Below, one piece after another: positions 30,902-40,512 of a stretch of DNA of 64,000 nucleotides (position 1 is its first letter; each line of letters starts with the position of its first letter). The stretch is from the IMG/VR virus record IMGVR_UViG_3300021197_001481, positions 22,817 through 86,816 of that record; one strand, written 5' to 3'. The DNA is from a virus. Below the pieces are notes generated by a model that saw only the letters and a list, made by a program, of their open reading frames with translations, searched no databases and had not been told where the DNA came from. Made by a program: the position numbers and the translations under genes.

Positions 30902-30954
30902 TACCCGGTAAATTATCTAAAGTATTCCAAAATAATTCAAAGGAGAATTCAAAA

Positions 30955-32415
30955 ATGGAAAAGCAATTTGTTACCGAACAACTCAGAACTAAGTGGGCAC
31001 CTGTCCTCGAACATGCCGACATGCCCGCAATTTCTGATGATTATAGAAAAAACGTCACTGCCATTCTCTTAGAGAACCAAGAGCAGTATCTCAAGGAAGC
31101 AGCACCCGCCAACTTTGGTTCGGGTCTTGCCGGTGGAGCAAACACCAACGGTGCTTTCAGTTCCGTCGCTGGTTTTGATCCAGTGCTTATCTCGCTCGTT
31201 CGTCGTGCGATGCCAAACCTAATGGCATATGATGTCTGTGGTGTTCAACCCATGAACGCTCCCACAGGACTCATCTTTGCCATGAAGGCAAACTACAAGC
31301 AGCAAGGTGGCGGTGAAGCACTCTTTAGCGAGGCAGCAACCGCTTTCTCTGCTACTGGCACTTCCTCGACGGCATCTGGGTCCACCGCTCCCGGTGGTGT
31401 TGGCGACGATCCTCTACTCGTCTTCGAGGTCGGTCAGTCAAACCAAGAGACCAAGTATAACGGATTCGATGGTATGTCCACCGATCAAGGTGAACGACTC
31501 GGTGGTGGCGGTGGTGATGATAACTTCAGTGAAATGGCATTCGTCATTGATCGTCAGTCCGTTACTGCTAAGACTCGTGCCCTCAAGGCAGAGTACACCA
31601 CTGAACTCGCTCAGGATCTCAAGGCAGTTCACGGTCTTGATGCCGAAACTGAACTCGCAAACATTCTCAGCACTGAAATTCTTGCTGAAATCAACCGCGA
31701 AGTCATTCGTACCATCTACACCGGTGCTAAACTCGGCGCACAGCAACCAGACCTTCTCCACAAGGGTGCAGGTAATACTGCTCAGGCGATTGCTGCTGGT
31801 GCTTCTGCTGGTCTTAGTGGTCCGTATTCTAATGATGGTCTTCAAACACACGGTGGTATCTACGACCTTGAACTCGATTCAGACGGTCGTTGGTCTGCGG
31901 AACGCTTCCGTGGTCTGGTCTACCAGATTGAACGCGAAGCAAACGCAATTGCTAAGGAAACTCGTCGCGGTAAGGGTAACATGCTTATCACTACCTCAGA
32001 CATTGCTTCCGCACTAGCAATGAGTGGTTTCCTTAACTTGACTCCAACTCCAAATGTTCCCAATATGCCCGATGATACTGCGAACACCTATGTTGGTACT
32101 CTCAACGGTAACATTAAGGTCTATGTTGACCCCTATGCTACCTCTGGTAAGGATTACTGCTGCGTAGGTTACAGAGGTACTTCACCTTACGATGCTGGTA
32201 TGTTCTACTGCCCATACGTTCCACTCCAGATGGTTCGTGCGGTTGGTGAGCAGTCCTTCCAACCCAAGATCGGATTCAAGACTCGTTACGGTCTTGTAAA
32301 CAACCCGTTCGTTGGTGCATCTGATCCACATGCTTCTGGTGCGGTTCGTAGCAACCAATACTACAGAATCTTCCGTGTTGATCGACTACACGGCGTATTC
32401 GGCACCAACGCCTGA
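30955..32415 (+). CDS. gp23: Major capsid protein gp23
   Basis: AILLENQE, DPVLISLVRRAMPNL, GVQPM..PTGLIFAM, TRALKAEY, FYCPYVPL, FQPKIGFKTRYG; ATG 30955 follows an AGGAG SD. Confidence 0.98.
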   Translation: MEKQFVTEQLRTKWAPVLEHADMPAISDDYRKNVTAILLENQEQYLKEAAPANFGSGLAGGANTNGAFSSVAGFDPVLISLVRRAMPNLMAYDVCGVQPMNAPTGLIFAMKANYKQQGGGEALFSEAATAFSATGTSSTASGSTAPGGVGDDPLLVFEVGQSNQETKYNGFDGMSTDQGERLGGGGGDDNFSEMAFVIDRQSVTAKTRALKAEYTTELAQDLKAVHGLDAETELANILSTEILAEINREVIRTIYTGAKLGAQQPDLLHKGAGNTAQAIAAGASAGLSGPYSNDGLQTHGGIYDLELDSDGRWSAERFRGLVYQIEREANAIAKETRRGKGNMLITTSDIASALAMSGFLNLTPTPNVPNMPDDTANTYVGTLNGNIKVYVDPYATSGKDYCCVGYRGTSPYDAGMFYCPYVPLQMVRAVGEQSFQPKIGFKTRYGLVNNPFVGASDPHASGAVRSNQYYRIFRVDRLHGVFGTNA

Positions 32416-32442
32416 TACTGATTCTTAGGTAAACTGAACGGA

Positions 32443-32476
32443 ACAGGGAGAGGGTAAAACCTCTCCCTGTTTCTTT
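32443..32476 (+). terminator. Rho-independent terminator after gp23
   Basis: 11-bp perfect stem acagggagagg / cctctccctgt, loop gtaaaa, followed by ttcttt. Confidence 0.85.
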
Positions 32477-32477
32477 G

Positions 32478-32485
32478 CCTACATA
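32478..32485 (+). promoter_or_regulatory. Putative late promoter (CCTACATA)
   Basis: Immediately after the terminator and 5 nt before the gp3 ATG. Confidence 0.6.
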
Positions 32486-32490
32486 CTTGT

Positions 32491-33081
32491 ATGGCAACAC
32501 CTCCAAAAAGACAAAATCCATTTGAAGGCAGTAACTTTGTCGCTGGGATGACATCTGGTAGAGAAAGTGCAGCGAAAGAATCTGTGCTTGATCGTCAACC
32601 GTCGTCGCAGAACTATATCTACCCACCTTACTTTCAATTTATTATTTCTGCTCTACCGCAGATGACATATTTTACAACGAAAGCAGCACTTCCTGATTTT
32701 GGATATGATTCTGCTTTAGTTCAAGATAACCGATTTGCTCAGATTAAACATCCTGCCAGTAAAGTGGGATTTGCTAATCTTGATATATCTTTCTTGGTAG
32801 ATGAGGATATGGGTAACTGGAGAGAAATCTCCGACTGGATCAAAAGGACCACTGTAGTTGACAATCACTTTGATATTGATCCAAACAGTAAAGATCATTT
32901 CTGCGATGGTACTCTTATAATCACAAATAGTTCAATGCAACCAAATGTTGAAGTTACCTTTAGGAATATGTTTCCAATCTCGATCACAGGTTTTCAATTC
33001 GATAGTAGCGTCACAGAACTGACTCCTTTTGAATCTACAGCGACTTTCGCCTACGACTACTACGAAGTCAAGAAAATCTGA
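32491..33081 (+). CDS. gp3: Tail completion protein gp3
   Basis: FQF.I..LP, F.VDEDM.NW.EI..W, FPISI..F motifs; follows gp23 as in marine T4-like phages. Confidence 0.85.
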   Translation: MATPPKRQNPFEGSNFVAGMTSGRESAAKESVLDRQPSSQNYIYPPYFQFIISALPQMTYFTTKAALPDFGYDSALVQDNRFAQIKHPASKVGFANLDISFLVDEDMGNWREISDWIKRTTVVDNHFDIDPNSKDHFCDGTLIITNSSMQPNVEVTFRNMFPISITGFQFDSSVTELTPFESTATFAYDYYEVKKI

Positions 33082-33091
33082 TCTTTTCTCC

Positions 33092-33119
33092 TTGACTTGA
33101 CCCAAATCCCTTGTACACT
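33092..33119 (+). promoter_or_regulatory. Possible sigma70-type promoter for uvsY
   Basis: TTGACT-16 nt-TACACT, overlapped by the palindrome acactc-t-gagtgt. Confidence 0.4.
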
Positions 33120-33167
33120 CTGAGTGTCAACGAAGGAAAAGGGAAGAAGTATTAGGACTTTAATATT

Positions 33168-33602
33168 ATGAACTTTGATAAAATAAAGCAAATGGTTTTG
33201 CAGGATTGCGAAATCGACGAGACTCAACTGGACGCAGAATCGCTGCGACTCCCCCAGTTACATAACAAATATCTGAATATCTACTTGGACACGAAACTCA
33301 TTCTAGAGAGAAAACAGAATGAATTCAATAAGTTACGTCGTTTAAAGTGGGAATATTATACAGGAAAAATGGATGCTGAGGTTCTCGAACATATGGGTTG
33401 GGAACCATTTGATCTAAAAATCCTCAAACAAGATATTGCAATTTATATGGATGGTGACGATGACCTGATTACCCTACAGGAACAGGTTCGTTATTATAAA
33501 GAGATATGTGCGTACCTAGATGCTACCGTCAAGGAAGTCACATATAGACATAATAAGATTCGTAATGCCATCGACTGGAAAAAATTCTTAGGAGGACAGT
33601 AA
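33168..33602 (+). CDS. uvsY: Recombination mediator UvsY
   Basis: D..ID...LD.ESL..P.LH.KYL, WEYYTGK, IRNAIDW.KF..G motifs. Confidence 0.93.
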   Translation: MNFDKIKQMVLQDCEIDETQLDAESLRLPQLHNKYLNIYLDTKLILERKQNEFNKLRRLKWEYYTGKMDAEVLEHMGWEPFDLKILKQDIAIYMDGDDDLITLQEQVRYYKEICAYLDATVKEVTYRHNKIRNAIDWKKFLGGQ

Positions 33603-34105
33603 TGTCATTTTATGATAATGATGAATTTGATTTTATCCAAATACTTGAGGATAATTTTTCTACTATAAAAGAAGAATTTCAAAACATCCCCAGTGATGAA
33701 TTTAAAGAGTGGCACGAACATTCTCTCTACTCCGGTAATCAATGGAGTGTTTTTGGATTTTTATTTGAAGAACAATGGATGAATAGGGCATGGTGTCCAA
33801 ATACATTCGATATTCTTAAAGGAATAAAAAACATAACAATCGCTGGGTTTTCAAACCTAGACCCCGGAACACATATTCGCCCACACACAGGTTACACCAC
33901 TGAAGTTTTACGTTGTCATATGGGAATTATTGTTCCGGAGGGGGATTGCTGTCTACAAGTTAAAAATGAAACAAAAAAATGGGAAGAAGGAAAGTGTTTT
34001 GTTTTTGATGATACAGTAGAACACTCTGCTTGGAATAATACCGAGAGTAATAGAGTGGTTTTACTCATAGATTTCTTGAGACCAGAAAAGTTTCCAAAAT
34101 GGTAA
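33602..34105 (+). CDS. Aspartyl/asparaginyl beta-hydroxylase-family 2OG-Fe(II) dioxygenase
   Basis: CP.T, FS.L.PGTHIRPH, LRCHMG, WEEGK..VFDD..EH.AWN, RVVLLID motifs. Confidence 0.88.
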   Translation: MSFYDNDEFDFIQILEDNFSTIKEEFQNIPSDEFKEWHEHSLYSGNQWSVFGFLFEEQWMNRAWCPNTFDILKGIKNITIAGFSNLDPGTHIRPHTGYTTEVLRCHMGIIVPEGDCCLQVKNETKKWEEGKCFVFDDTVEHSAWNNTESNRVVLLIDFLRPEKFPKW

Positions 34106-34419
34106 TTAAAGGAAAAGTTGTTAAGGGTAAGGGGTTAGCGAGAACTCTCGGATTCCCCACTGTCAACATAACAAATGATTTAAACGTCCAGTCAAATGTA
34201 TATTTTATAAACCACAAAGTTCATGGCATAGGATCTGCAATTGTTATGAAAGATTATTGTGAAATTCATTTCATAGAATCACCCTCGAATATTGAATCAT
34301 ACATTGAATGTGATGTTGATAGAGTATTGTTTGATGAGGATGACCCTCCAAGGGAAGGATTACTTTCTAGAGTATTATTTGATGGGATTATGAATGAGCG
34401 AAAACGCCAAACACTATAA
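34099..34419 (+). CDS. Riboflavin kinase-like protein (short/divergent)
   Basis: GKVVKGKGLARTLGFPTVN matches the riboflavin kinase GFPTAN signature; EIH motif; only 106 aa. Confidence 0.5.
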   Translation: MVIKGKVVKGKGLARTLGFPTVNITNDLNVQSNVYFINHKVHGIGSAIVMKDYCEIHFIESPSNIESYIECDVDRVLFDEDDPPREGLLSRVLFDGIMNERKRQTL

Positions 34420-34822
34420 GTGGACAGAATCAGTTAAGAACGATAGAGTTTATCACGAAGCAGATATGGGTGAGGGTAAAACTTTATTGATTACATACTC
34501 CAAAAAAGAAGGAGGTAACAGTCATATGTCCTTTGATATCAATGGGGATAAAAATTTCATGTCTGGTCTTAATAATTTCTATATGCTGTACGAAACACTA
34601 TTCCAGTCATATTTTTCTTATCTTAAAAAATATCAACCAACAAAAACGGAGATGTATTTAGATCTCCGTAGTGAATTTGGTAGAAAAGCAGCACCAATCT
34701 ACGAACGTCTTCTGAAAAGAAAATGGAACCAAAAGGCAGAGGAGATAGGATACACATTTGTTGGTGTTGAAATAGATGACGTAGATGATATGACTTTTAC
34801 ATGGATAAAAGATAATCCCTAA
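34394..34822 (+). CDS. Hypothetical protein
   Basis: 142-aa ORF filling the gap before uvsW. Confidence 0.5.
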   Translation: MSENAKHYKWTESVKNDRVYHEADMGEGKTLLITYSKKEGGNSHMSFDINGDKNFMSGLNNFYMLYETLFQSYFSYLKKYQPTKTEMYLDLRSEFGRKAAPIYERLLKRKWNQKAEEIGYTFVGVEIDDVDDMTFTWIKDNP

Positions 34823-34825
34823 ATA
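34818..34825 (+). promoter_or_regulatory. Putative late promoter (CCTAAATA)
   Basis: CTAAATA, close to the T4-like late consensus, 5 nt before the uvsW ATG. Confidence 0.6.
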
Positions 34826-34830
34826 AAGGG

Positions 34831-36339
34831 ATGAGTGACCTTTTAATAGAGAATGTTGATACGGTAAATGTTAGGGTTCGCTGTGAACGTAGTATCGCAA
34901 AAGAACTCTCTGATTACTTTACATTCAAAGTCCCCGGTCACGCCTATATGCCTGCGTACAGAAAACGCATATGGGATGGACAAATCAAACTCTACAACAT
35001 GTTCTCTCAACAGATCTACGCAGGTCTTGAGAAGTATGTCCATCGCTTTGCAACTGAGCGTGGATACAAAGTAGAAGCAGAACCAAGAAAATCGCATTCA
35101 TTCACCACAGACAGTGTTCGATCCTATATGGAAGATCATTTAACACTGTCTATTGGTGACAAACCTATCCAACCCCATGAACATCAGGTGAACGCCGTCA
35201 CGCACGCTCTGAGGGACGACAGGGCGTTGCTAGTGTCTCCCACTGGTTCGGGTAAGAGTCTAATCATTTACGCTCTTATGCGTTACCATTTGGATAAAAT
35301 AGAAAATAACAGAAAGATCTTGATCATCGTTCCGACCACAAGTCTGGTTTCGCAGTTGTACTCCGACTTCTCGGACTACTCCAAGATCTCATCGTGGCAT
35401 GTGGATCAGAATTGTCACAAAGTTATGGCGGGTGTTCCTAAAGATGATATCAAACGAAGGGTAATTATCTCAACATGGCAGAGTATCCATAAACAACCAA
35501 AGGAATACTTCGATAAGTTTGCAGCAGTATTTGGTGATGAGTGTCACCTCTTCAAAGCAAAGTCTTTGACTGGTATAATGACTAAACTAGAGGACTGTCC
35601 AGTCCGTATAGGAACTACTGGTACGTTGGATGGTTCTCTCACACATAAACTGGTAATTGAAGGGTTATTTGGTCCTGTACATCAGGTCACAAAAACAAAA
35701 ACGCTGATGGAAAGAAAACTCTTGTCAGAGTTGAAGATAGATGGTATACTGTTAAGACATAGCGAAAGAGTTCGCAATGAGATGAAGCGAAGCACATATC
35801 AAGATGAAATTGACTTCATCGTGCAGAACCAAGAACGGAACAAGTTTATCTGTGATCTTTCCTCGAACCTAAAGGGTAATACTCTCGTATTATTTCAGTT
35901 TGTTGAGAAGCATGGTAAACAACTGTACGAAATGATGGAAGCAAAGAATCCAGATAAGAGAGTCTTCTTTATACACGGCAAAGTAGAAGCAGATCTACGA
36001 GAAGAAGTCAGACGTATTGCCGAAAAAGTAGAGGATGCTATCATTATAGCATCATATGGTACATTTAGTACCGGTGTGTCCATCAAAAGACTACATAATA
36101 TTGTGTTCGCTTCACCATCGAAGAGTAGAATTCGTGTGTTGCAGAGCATCGGTCGTCAGTTAAGAAAGTCGGAGCATAAAGATGTCGCAAAACTCTATGA
36201 CCTTGCAGATGACCTATCTTGGAAAAAACACAAGAATCACACCCTTCGCCACTTTGAAGATCGACTTAAGATCTACGAAGGCGAGGGTTTTGAACACAAA
36301 ATAATCAGAATCAATCTGAAGGAGGATTCACATGTCTAA
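34831..36339 (+). CDS. uvsW: SF2 helicase UvsW
   Basis: WDG.I.L, SPTGSGKS, DECH, GTTGT, QSIGR.LR motifs. Confidence 0.96.
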   Translation: MSDLLIENVDTVNVRVRCERSIAKELSDYFTFKVPGHAYMPAYRKRIWDGQIKLYNMFSQQIYAGLEKYVHRFATERGYKVEAEPRKSHSFTTDSVRSYMEDHLTLSIGDKPIQPHEHQVNAVTHALRDDRALLVSPTGSGKSLIIYALMRYHLDKIENNRKILIIVPTTSLVSQLYSDFSDYSKISSWHVDQNCHKVMAGVPKDDIKRRVIISTWQSIHKQPKEYFDKFAAVFGDECHLFKAKSLTGIMTKLEDCPVRIGTTGTLDGSLTHKLVIEGLFGPVHQVTKTKTLMERKLLSELKIDGILLRHSERVRNEMKRSTYQDEIDFIVQNQERNKFICDLSSNLKGNTLVLFQFVEKHGKQLYEMMEAKNPDKRVFFIHGKVEADLREEVRRIAEKVEDAIIIASYGTFSTGVSIKRLHNIVFASPSKSRIRVLQSIGRQLRKSEHKDVAKLYDLADDLSWKKHKNHTLRHFEDRLKIYEGEGFEHKIIRINLKEDSHV

Positions 36340-36901
36340 TAATTACAAAGTCCTTAAGTTACGAAGTGGCGATAGTATTGTCGCAGAAATTATTGAGAAC
36401 TCAAAATCTCATATTCGTGTTAGTAGACCAATGGAAATTAAGTATATGCATTTTATTGATGCAATTGGTCGTAAACATGAAACCCTGATCCTTGTAGATT
36501 GGTTAAAATCAACAACAGTAAATACAGTTAAATTAGAAAAAAACTTCACTCTCGGAATATTTACTCCGAGTCCTGATGTTATTGAATCATATAATCAACA
36601 AAAAGAATTAGAGGATCATGGTGGGAAGATTCCATCAAGAAAATCTTTTGGTTTATTTAATAAACAAAACCAAGAAGGATTAGAAAGTTTAATAAACAAA
36701 ATGGAAGAAGAGTTTAAAAACATAGACATGGATCGATTAGAAGAAATGATTCAGGATCAAGTTGATGAGGGTGCAGAGGAGTTAATAGAAGAGATTATGA
36801 ATAATAATCAACAAGAGAGAATGATTGATGAGACATCTGATCCTAACTTCGGTACTAGTTATTGTGACTGGTCACCAAACATAGAAGATTATCTTTCTTA
36901 A
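36332..36901 (+). CDS. Conserved T4-like hypothetical protein (Sm-like N-terminus)
   Basis: KVLKL.SGD.IVAE...V..P N-terminus; usual position between uvsW and gp55. Confidence 0.55.
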   Translation: MSNNYKVLKLRSGDSIVAEIIENSKSHIRVSRPMEIKYMHFIDAIGRKHETLILVDWLKSTTVNTVKLEKNFTLGIFTPSPDVIESYNQQKELEDHGGKIPSRKSFGLFNKQNQEGLESLINKMEEEFKNIDMDRLEEMIQDQVDEGAEELIEEIMNNNQQERMIDETSDPNFGTSYCDWSPNIEDYLS

Positions 36902-36905
36902 TTAC

Positions 36906-36934
36906 TTTACAAACACTAATGTGTATGGTATACT
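36906..36934 (+). promoter_or_regulatory. Sigma70-type early promoter for gp55
   Basis: TTTACA-17 nt-TATACT with extended -10 TGn. Confidence 0.7.
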
Positions 36935-36957
36935 TACAGTAAATAAGGTGTAACCCG

Positions 36958-37512
36958 ATGAGCGATAAAGATAGTCACTATGTTGATAACCAAAAATTCC
37001 TAGAAGCAATGACCGAGTGGAAAGAGCAGATTAAAGTTGCTGAAGAAACCGGTGAAGGTAAACCACCTGTGTCTGAATACATTGGTGAGTGTTTTCTTTT
37101 GATTGCTGAAAGATTATCAATGCGAGCAAATTTTATTAACTACCCATTCCGTGAGGAAATGGTAGGAGATGCAATTGAAAACTGTCTTATGTATGCAAGC
37201 AATTTTGATCCTGCAAAATCAAAGAATCCGTTTTCGTATTTTACTCAAATCATCTATTATGCCTTTCTTCGACGGATCCAAAAAGAGAAAAAGCAAAGTT
37301 ATATTAAATATAGAATTATTGAGTCTGCCGATCATATGGGAGACATTGCTAGAATTCTTGATCCAGAAAAAACTACAGGTAATCCATACGCAGAATTTTT
37401 CAAACTGACAACAAAGGACATAGACAACTTTACTCCTAAAAAGAAGAAGAAGAAGTCCTCTACCAAAAAGAAAAAGACTGATGGAGATGATAAATGCGAA
37501 TCGCTATTTTAA
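36958..37512 (+). CDS. gp55: Late sigma factor gp55
   Basis: HYVDN..F, YIGECF..IA..LS...NF.NY, NFDP.KS.NPFSYFTQI.YYAFLRRI.KEKKQ. Confidence 0.96.
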   Translation: MSDKDSHYVDNQKFLEAMTEWKEQIKVAEETGEGKPPVSEYIGECFLLIAERLSMRANFINYPFREEMVGDAIENCLMYASNFDPAKSKNPFSYFTQIIYYAFLRRIQKEKKQSYIKYRIIESADHMGDIARILDPEKTTGNPYAEFFKLTTKDIDNFTPKKKKKKSSTKKKKTDGDDKCESLF

Positions 37513-38543
37513 CTGATACCCACTTTGGTGCGAGAAATGACTCGCAGCAATTCTTAGATTATTTTCTTGGTTTCATTGAGAACCAGTTTCTACCAGAGTG
37601 TGAGAAACAAAACATAGACACCGTGTTGCACTTGGGAGATCTTATGGATCGCCGCAAGTTTGTCAATTTCAATACACTTAATCAAGTTCGTGAGAGGTTC
37701 ATCGAGAAACTCGAAGAACGAAATATTAAGATGTATTGTCTTATCGGTAACCACGACACCTATTATAAAAATACAAACGAGGTCAATTCATTAACAGAAT
37801 TGTTTGGTAAGAGATACGAATGTTTTATTCCTATTGATCAACCCACAGACATCTGCCTCGGCGGAAAAATGTTTGGTATGGTTCCGTGGATAAACAAAGA
37901 GAATAAAGAACAGTGTGACCATTTCTTAAAAAATAGTAAAGCAGATATCGTGTGTGGTCACTTTGAACTATCTGGTTATGAAGTTCTTCGGGGTGTTAAG
38001 TTTGATGGTGGTATGAGTGATAATCTTCTTCGTCGGTTTGACGAAGTGTGGTCTGGTCACTTTCACATGAGGCACAGTAAAAATAATGTTCGATATCTAG
38101 GAACACCCTATCAGATCACATTCTCGGATCTCCACGAACAAAAAGGATTTTATGTCTATGACACAGAGTCTGGAGACTTAGACCACATTGAGAACGATGA
38201 GAGAATGTTCCTACATATTGATTACACAGATGAAACTAATATTGATGACTTGTCTGAATATGAAAACAAGTATTTGAAATTGTTTGTGCGTGAAAGAAAA
38301 AGTCAAAGTAAATTTGATACCTTTGTTGATAACCTTTATGATGCAAAAGTAGGTAGTCTGACTATCATCGAGAATGATGATTCCTCTGTTATAGAAGATA
38401 CAGAAGTAGCAGACATGTCACTGGACACGTTGTCCTTGATTTACAAAGAAGCAGAAGATTTCTATGAAACTATAGAAGGAATTAATGTTTCTAGATTAAA
38501 GAGACTCATAGAAGAAATTTACATGGAGGCATTATCCCAATGA
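37494..38543 (+). CDS. gp47: Recombination nuclease gp47 (Mre11-like)
   Basis: DTHFG, HLGD..DRRK, GNHD, SGHFH phosphoesterase motifs. Confidence 0.95.
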   Translation: MRIAILTDTHFGARNDSQQFLDYFLGFIENQFLPECEKQNIDTVLHLGDLMDRRKFVNFNTLNQVRERFIEKLEERNIKMYCLIGNHDTYYKNTNEVNSLTELFGKRYECFIPIDQPTDICLGGKMFGMVPWINKENKEQCDHFLKNSKADIVCGHFELSGYEVLRGVKFDGGMSDNLLRRFDEVWSGHFHMRHSKNNVRYLGTPYQITFSDLHEQKGFYVYDTESGDLDHIENDERMFLHIDYTDETNIDDLSEYENKYLKLFVRERKSQSKFDTFVDNLYDAKVGSLTIIENDDSSVIEDTEVADMSLDTLSLIYKEAEDFYETIEGINVSRLKRLIEEIYMEALSQ

Positions 38544-38791
38544 GCGAATCAGAAGGTTTAGGAGACACAGTAGAAAAAATTATCACCACTGTTGGTAATG
38601 TTACCAAGATAGAATGGATCAGGAAAAAGAAGGGGTGTGATGGTTGCCGTAAACGAAAAGAGGCACTTAATAATGCATTCCCATATAAGAAATCAGAAAC
38701 TACGTCAAAATCAGAAGAAGAACCCTGTACCGATTGTGAAAAAAAGAAAAAGAAAAAGGGTGGATGTAGTTCCTGTGGAAAGAATAAATGA
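38540..38791 (+). CDS. Small basic Cys-rich hypothetical protein
   Basis: GLGDTVEK..., CDGC, CTDC, CSSC; ATGA-coupled on both sides. Confidence 0.6.
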   Translation: MSESEGLGDTVEKIITTVGNVTKIEWIRKKKGCDGCRKRKEALNNAFPYKKSETTSKSEEEPCTDCEKKKKKKGGCSSCGKNK

Positions 38792-40512
38792 TTAGATTTC
38801 ATAATGTGCAGTTCAAAAATTTTGGTTCGTTCGGAAACACTCCTACCGAAATTAATTTAAATAGACACAGATCAACTCTAGTGTCTGGTATGAATGGTCA
38901 CGGAAAGTCTTTCGCTCTCCTTGATTCTATTACGTTTGCCCTGTTCGGGAAACCATTCCGTAAGATTAATATTCCTCAACTGGTAAACTCTATTAATGAA
39001 AAAGACTGTTGTGTTGAAGTTACATTTTCTGTTGGGGAAGATGAGTATCAAGTTATTCGACAACTTAAACCAAAGAAGTTTGAGATTATTAAGAACGGAA
39101 ACTTGATTGATCAAAACGCAAAGGCAAAAGATTATCAACGAATGCTTGAGGAGAATATTCTCAAGATGAACTACAAGTCTTTTACTCAGGTGGTTATTCT
39201 CGGCAGTTCGTCGTTCGTTCCGTTTATGCAATTGACTGCTGCCGACCGACGAGAAGTTATCGAGGATGTTTTGGACATCCAAGTTTTCTCCGACATGAAT
39301 ACTGTATTAAAGACCAGAGTCTCTCTTAAGAAAGAGGAGATTAAGGATCTAGACAATAAAGCAGAACTCTTAAAGTCTAAGATCGAGATTGTTGAAAATC
39401 ATATTGCTTCTGTTAAAGAAGCAGATGACTCTAAAATTTCTCTTTTAGAAGAAGAACTAGAAGTAACCGATGCACTGGTAGATTCAAATGAATCAGTGGT
39501 CAGTGGTCTTCTGGATGAACAAAAAGAATTGATTGACAAGACAGGTGATATTGATTCTGTTAAGTCGTCGTTGTCTAAGTTTGAGAATATGAAAACTATT
39601 ATTAAGAAGACACATGACAATAACATCAAGAAGATAACTGATATGCAAGACATGGAACAGTGTCCGACCTGTACACAGGGTGTTCCTGATTCTGTTAAAT
39701 CTAAACTTATTGGAAAGTTTGAGGCAAAGCGTGATGAATTTGTTGCTGGTCTAGAAGACATCACTGAAAAAATTAAAAACAAGAACGAAATGTTGGATGA
39801 CTTAAAAAATCTTTCGACCCGAGCGAAGGAAGTTCATGAGCAAATTGTTCAACGACGAAGCGACATTGACTCAAGCAAAAAGTATTCAAAGAAACTTACA
39901 AAAGAAATACAGGATATCCAAAGTAAGTCTGCACAATCGGACAACACCGAAAATGCCACGGTATTGAAGAAGTATAAAAAGGATATGGACAGCGTTGGTG
40001 AGGAAAAGAACAAATTTAAAGAGGATGCTTTGCTCCTTGGTTGTCTTGGTAATCTACTGAAGGATACTGGAATCAAGTCTAAGATCATCCGTCACTACCT
40101 CCCAATCATGAACAAACTTATTAATAAGTTTCTAACTGACATGGGATTTTTCGCCCAGTTCTCTCTTGATGAAAACTTTAATGAAACAATCAAGAGTAGA
40201 CACCGAGATCAATTTAGTTACATGTCTTTCTCTGAAGGAGAAAAGATGAGAATCGATCTTGCTCTACTCCTAGCATGGAGAGAGATCGCTCGACTTAAGA
40301 ATAGTGCAAATACTAATCTATTAATTCTAGACGAAGTGTTTGATTCTTCCTTGGACTCAGTGGGGACAGAGGAGTTCATGAAGTTGATGAGCGTTCTCAG
40401 TGCGAATACGCATGTGTTTGTGATCAGTCATAAGTCTGATCAACTCGTAGATAAATTTGATAATCAGATTACCTTCGTGAAGACTGGTAACTTTAGTAAA
40501 CTAACTGGATAA
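38788..40512 (+). CDS. gp46: Recombination ATPase gp46 (Rad50-like)
   Basis: Walker A GMNGHGKS, CPTC zinc hook, FSEGEKMRIDL signature, LILDEVFD. Confidence 0.96.
   Translation: MIRFHNVQFKNFGSFGNTPTEINLNRHRSTLVSGMNGHGKSFALLDSITFALFGKPFRKINIPQLVNSINEKDCCVEVTFSVGEDEYQVIRQLKPKKFEIIKNGNLIDQNAKAKDYQRMLEENILKMNYKSFTQVVILGSSSFVPFMQLTAADRREVIEDVLDIQVFSDMNTVLKTRVSLKKEEIKDLDNKAELLKSKIEIVENHIASVKEADDSKISLLEEELEVTDALVDSNESVVSGLLDEQKELIDKTGDIDSVKSSLSKFENMKTIIKKTHDNNIKKITDMQDMEQCPTCTQGVPDSVKSKLIGKFEAKRDEFVAGLEDITEKIKNKNEMLDDLKNLSTRAKEVHEQIVQRRSDIDSSKKYSKKLTKEIQDIQSKSAQSDNTENATVLKKYKKDMDSVGEEKNKFKEDALLLGCLGNLLKDTGIKSKIIRHYLPIMNKLINKFLTDMGFFAQFSLDENFNETIKSRHRDQFSYMSFSEGEKMRIDLALLLAWREIARLKNSANTNLLILDEVFDSSLDSVGTEEFMKLMSVLSANTHVFVISHKSDQLVDKFDNQITFVKTGNFSKLTG

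Noticed and set aside
31307-32017. 236-aa alternative-frame ORF inside gp23
   Set aside because: Shadow of the strong codon bias in a highly expressed gene; Leu/Val/Ser-rich with no motif or SD
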